A DNA stretch of 63,407 nt, the filler included, from Octopus bimaculoides (taxonomy: Eukaryota), in the NCBI RefSeq assembly GCF_001194135.2. It is 6 parts of 6 records of this genome, joined end to end, with 100 filler letters (N's around TTAATTAATTAA, not from the genome) between each part and the next. Parts side by side here need not be neighbours in the genome. Positions count along the whole stretch, not along the records: positions 61,739 to 63,407 come from NW_026366065.1; 5 more parts are not named here. One strand, written 5' to 3'. The translations under genes and the position numbers were made by a program. Numbering within the stretch: position 1 is the stretch's first letter; every line of letters begins with the position of its first letter. This document shows, piece by piece, positions 62,622-63,407 of the stretch. The notes beneath the pieces are model-generated. The model ran no database searches. It had not been told where the DNA came from and saw nothing but the letters and a program-made list of their open reading frames with translations.

Positions 62622-63040
62622 GCGCAGAAGTAGCTGTGTGGTAAGTAGCTTGCTTACGAACCACATGGTTCCGGGTTCAGTCCCACTGCGTGGCACCTTG
62701 GGCAAGTGTCTTCTACTATAGCCTCGAGTCGACCAAAGCCTTGTGAGTGGATTTGGTAGACGGAAACTAAAAGAAGCCCGTCATATATATATATATATAT
62801 ATATGTATTTATGTATGTATGTGTGTATATATGTTTGTGTGTCTATGTCCTCCCAACATCGCTTGACAACCGATGCAGGTGTGTTTACGTCCCCATAACT
62901 TAGCGGTTCGGCAAAAGGGACCGATAAAATAAGTACTAGGCTTACAAAGAATAAGTCCTGGGGGGCGATTTGCTCGACTAAAGGTGGTGCTCCAGCATGG
63001 CCACAGTCAAATGACTGAAACAAGTAAAAGAGAAAAGAGA
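62622..63040 (+). mobile_element. SINE, working family B, near-intact full-length copy
   Basis: GCGCAGAAGTAGCTGTGTGGTAAG...GGGTTCAGTCCC (B-box-like)...CCTTGGGCAAGTGTCTT...internal (TA/TG)n...GGTGCTCCAGCATGGCCACAGTCAAATGACTGAAACAAGTAAAAG; many copies in the window. Confidence 0.85.
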
Positions 63041-63407
63041 GTAATAGACATTTCTTTCAAAGTCGTGATGAAAGACTGAATCATACAATTCTTTGCCTAT
63101 TTCTTTAGGAGGTAGCGACAGTTATTCCATATCCCACCCCCGCCCACCAATTATATCTATAATTAAAACTAAAGAGGTTTATTCAACCAAAAACGCGTGT
63201 GTCCTTGGGTAAAAAAAAAAGGCTTGTTTGCGTGTGATATGTCATGGTGAATTTTACATGCATACATGAATGTATGCTGGTGTGTGTGAATGTGCTACCA
63301 CGATGGTGCGAAACTCGTGTTGTTGTTGTTGTAGCTGTAATTGTTAATGATGGTGGTAGTATGTGTGTGTGTACGTGTGTGTGTGAGTGTGTGTGTGTAT
63401 GTGTGTG

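Overview
AT-rich eukaryotic genomic DNA from a draft assembly with many N gaps, saturated with microsatellites, SINEs and decayed LINE and DNA-transposon fragments. The SINE families look like ones I associate with Octopus genomes, so a cephalopod origin is an unverified inference. I can support only one host coding exon: a 167-nt minus-strand exon (19166-19332) of a CAMK-group, HUNK/MARK-like Ser/Thr kinase with canonical splice sites. Much of the window is therefore probably intron or flank of that gene. Nearly all ORFs in the supplied track are microsatellite or gap artefacts. Mobile-element remnants include CR1/L2-like, RTE-like and R4/Dong-like LINE 3' ends, mariner remnants, a DINE-1/Helentron-like element, MITE-like hairpins and several modular tRNA-derived SINE families (working labels A-E), three copies having clear target-site duplications. 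I found no CRISPR array, operon or clearly new biological system. The best leads are a LINE/SINE shared 3' tail, a perfect CAG|GTGAGT site 95 nt upstream of the kinase exon, long near-perfect inverted repeats, and head/core/tail shuffling among the SINEs. Repeat boundaries were read by eye and are approximate.
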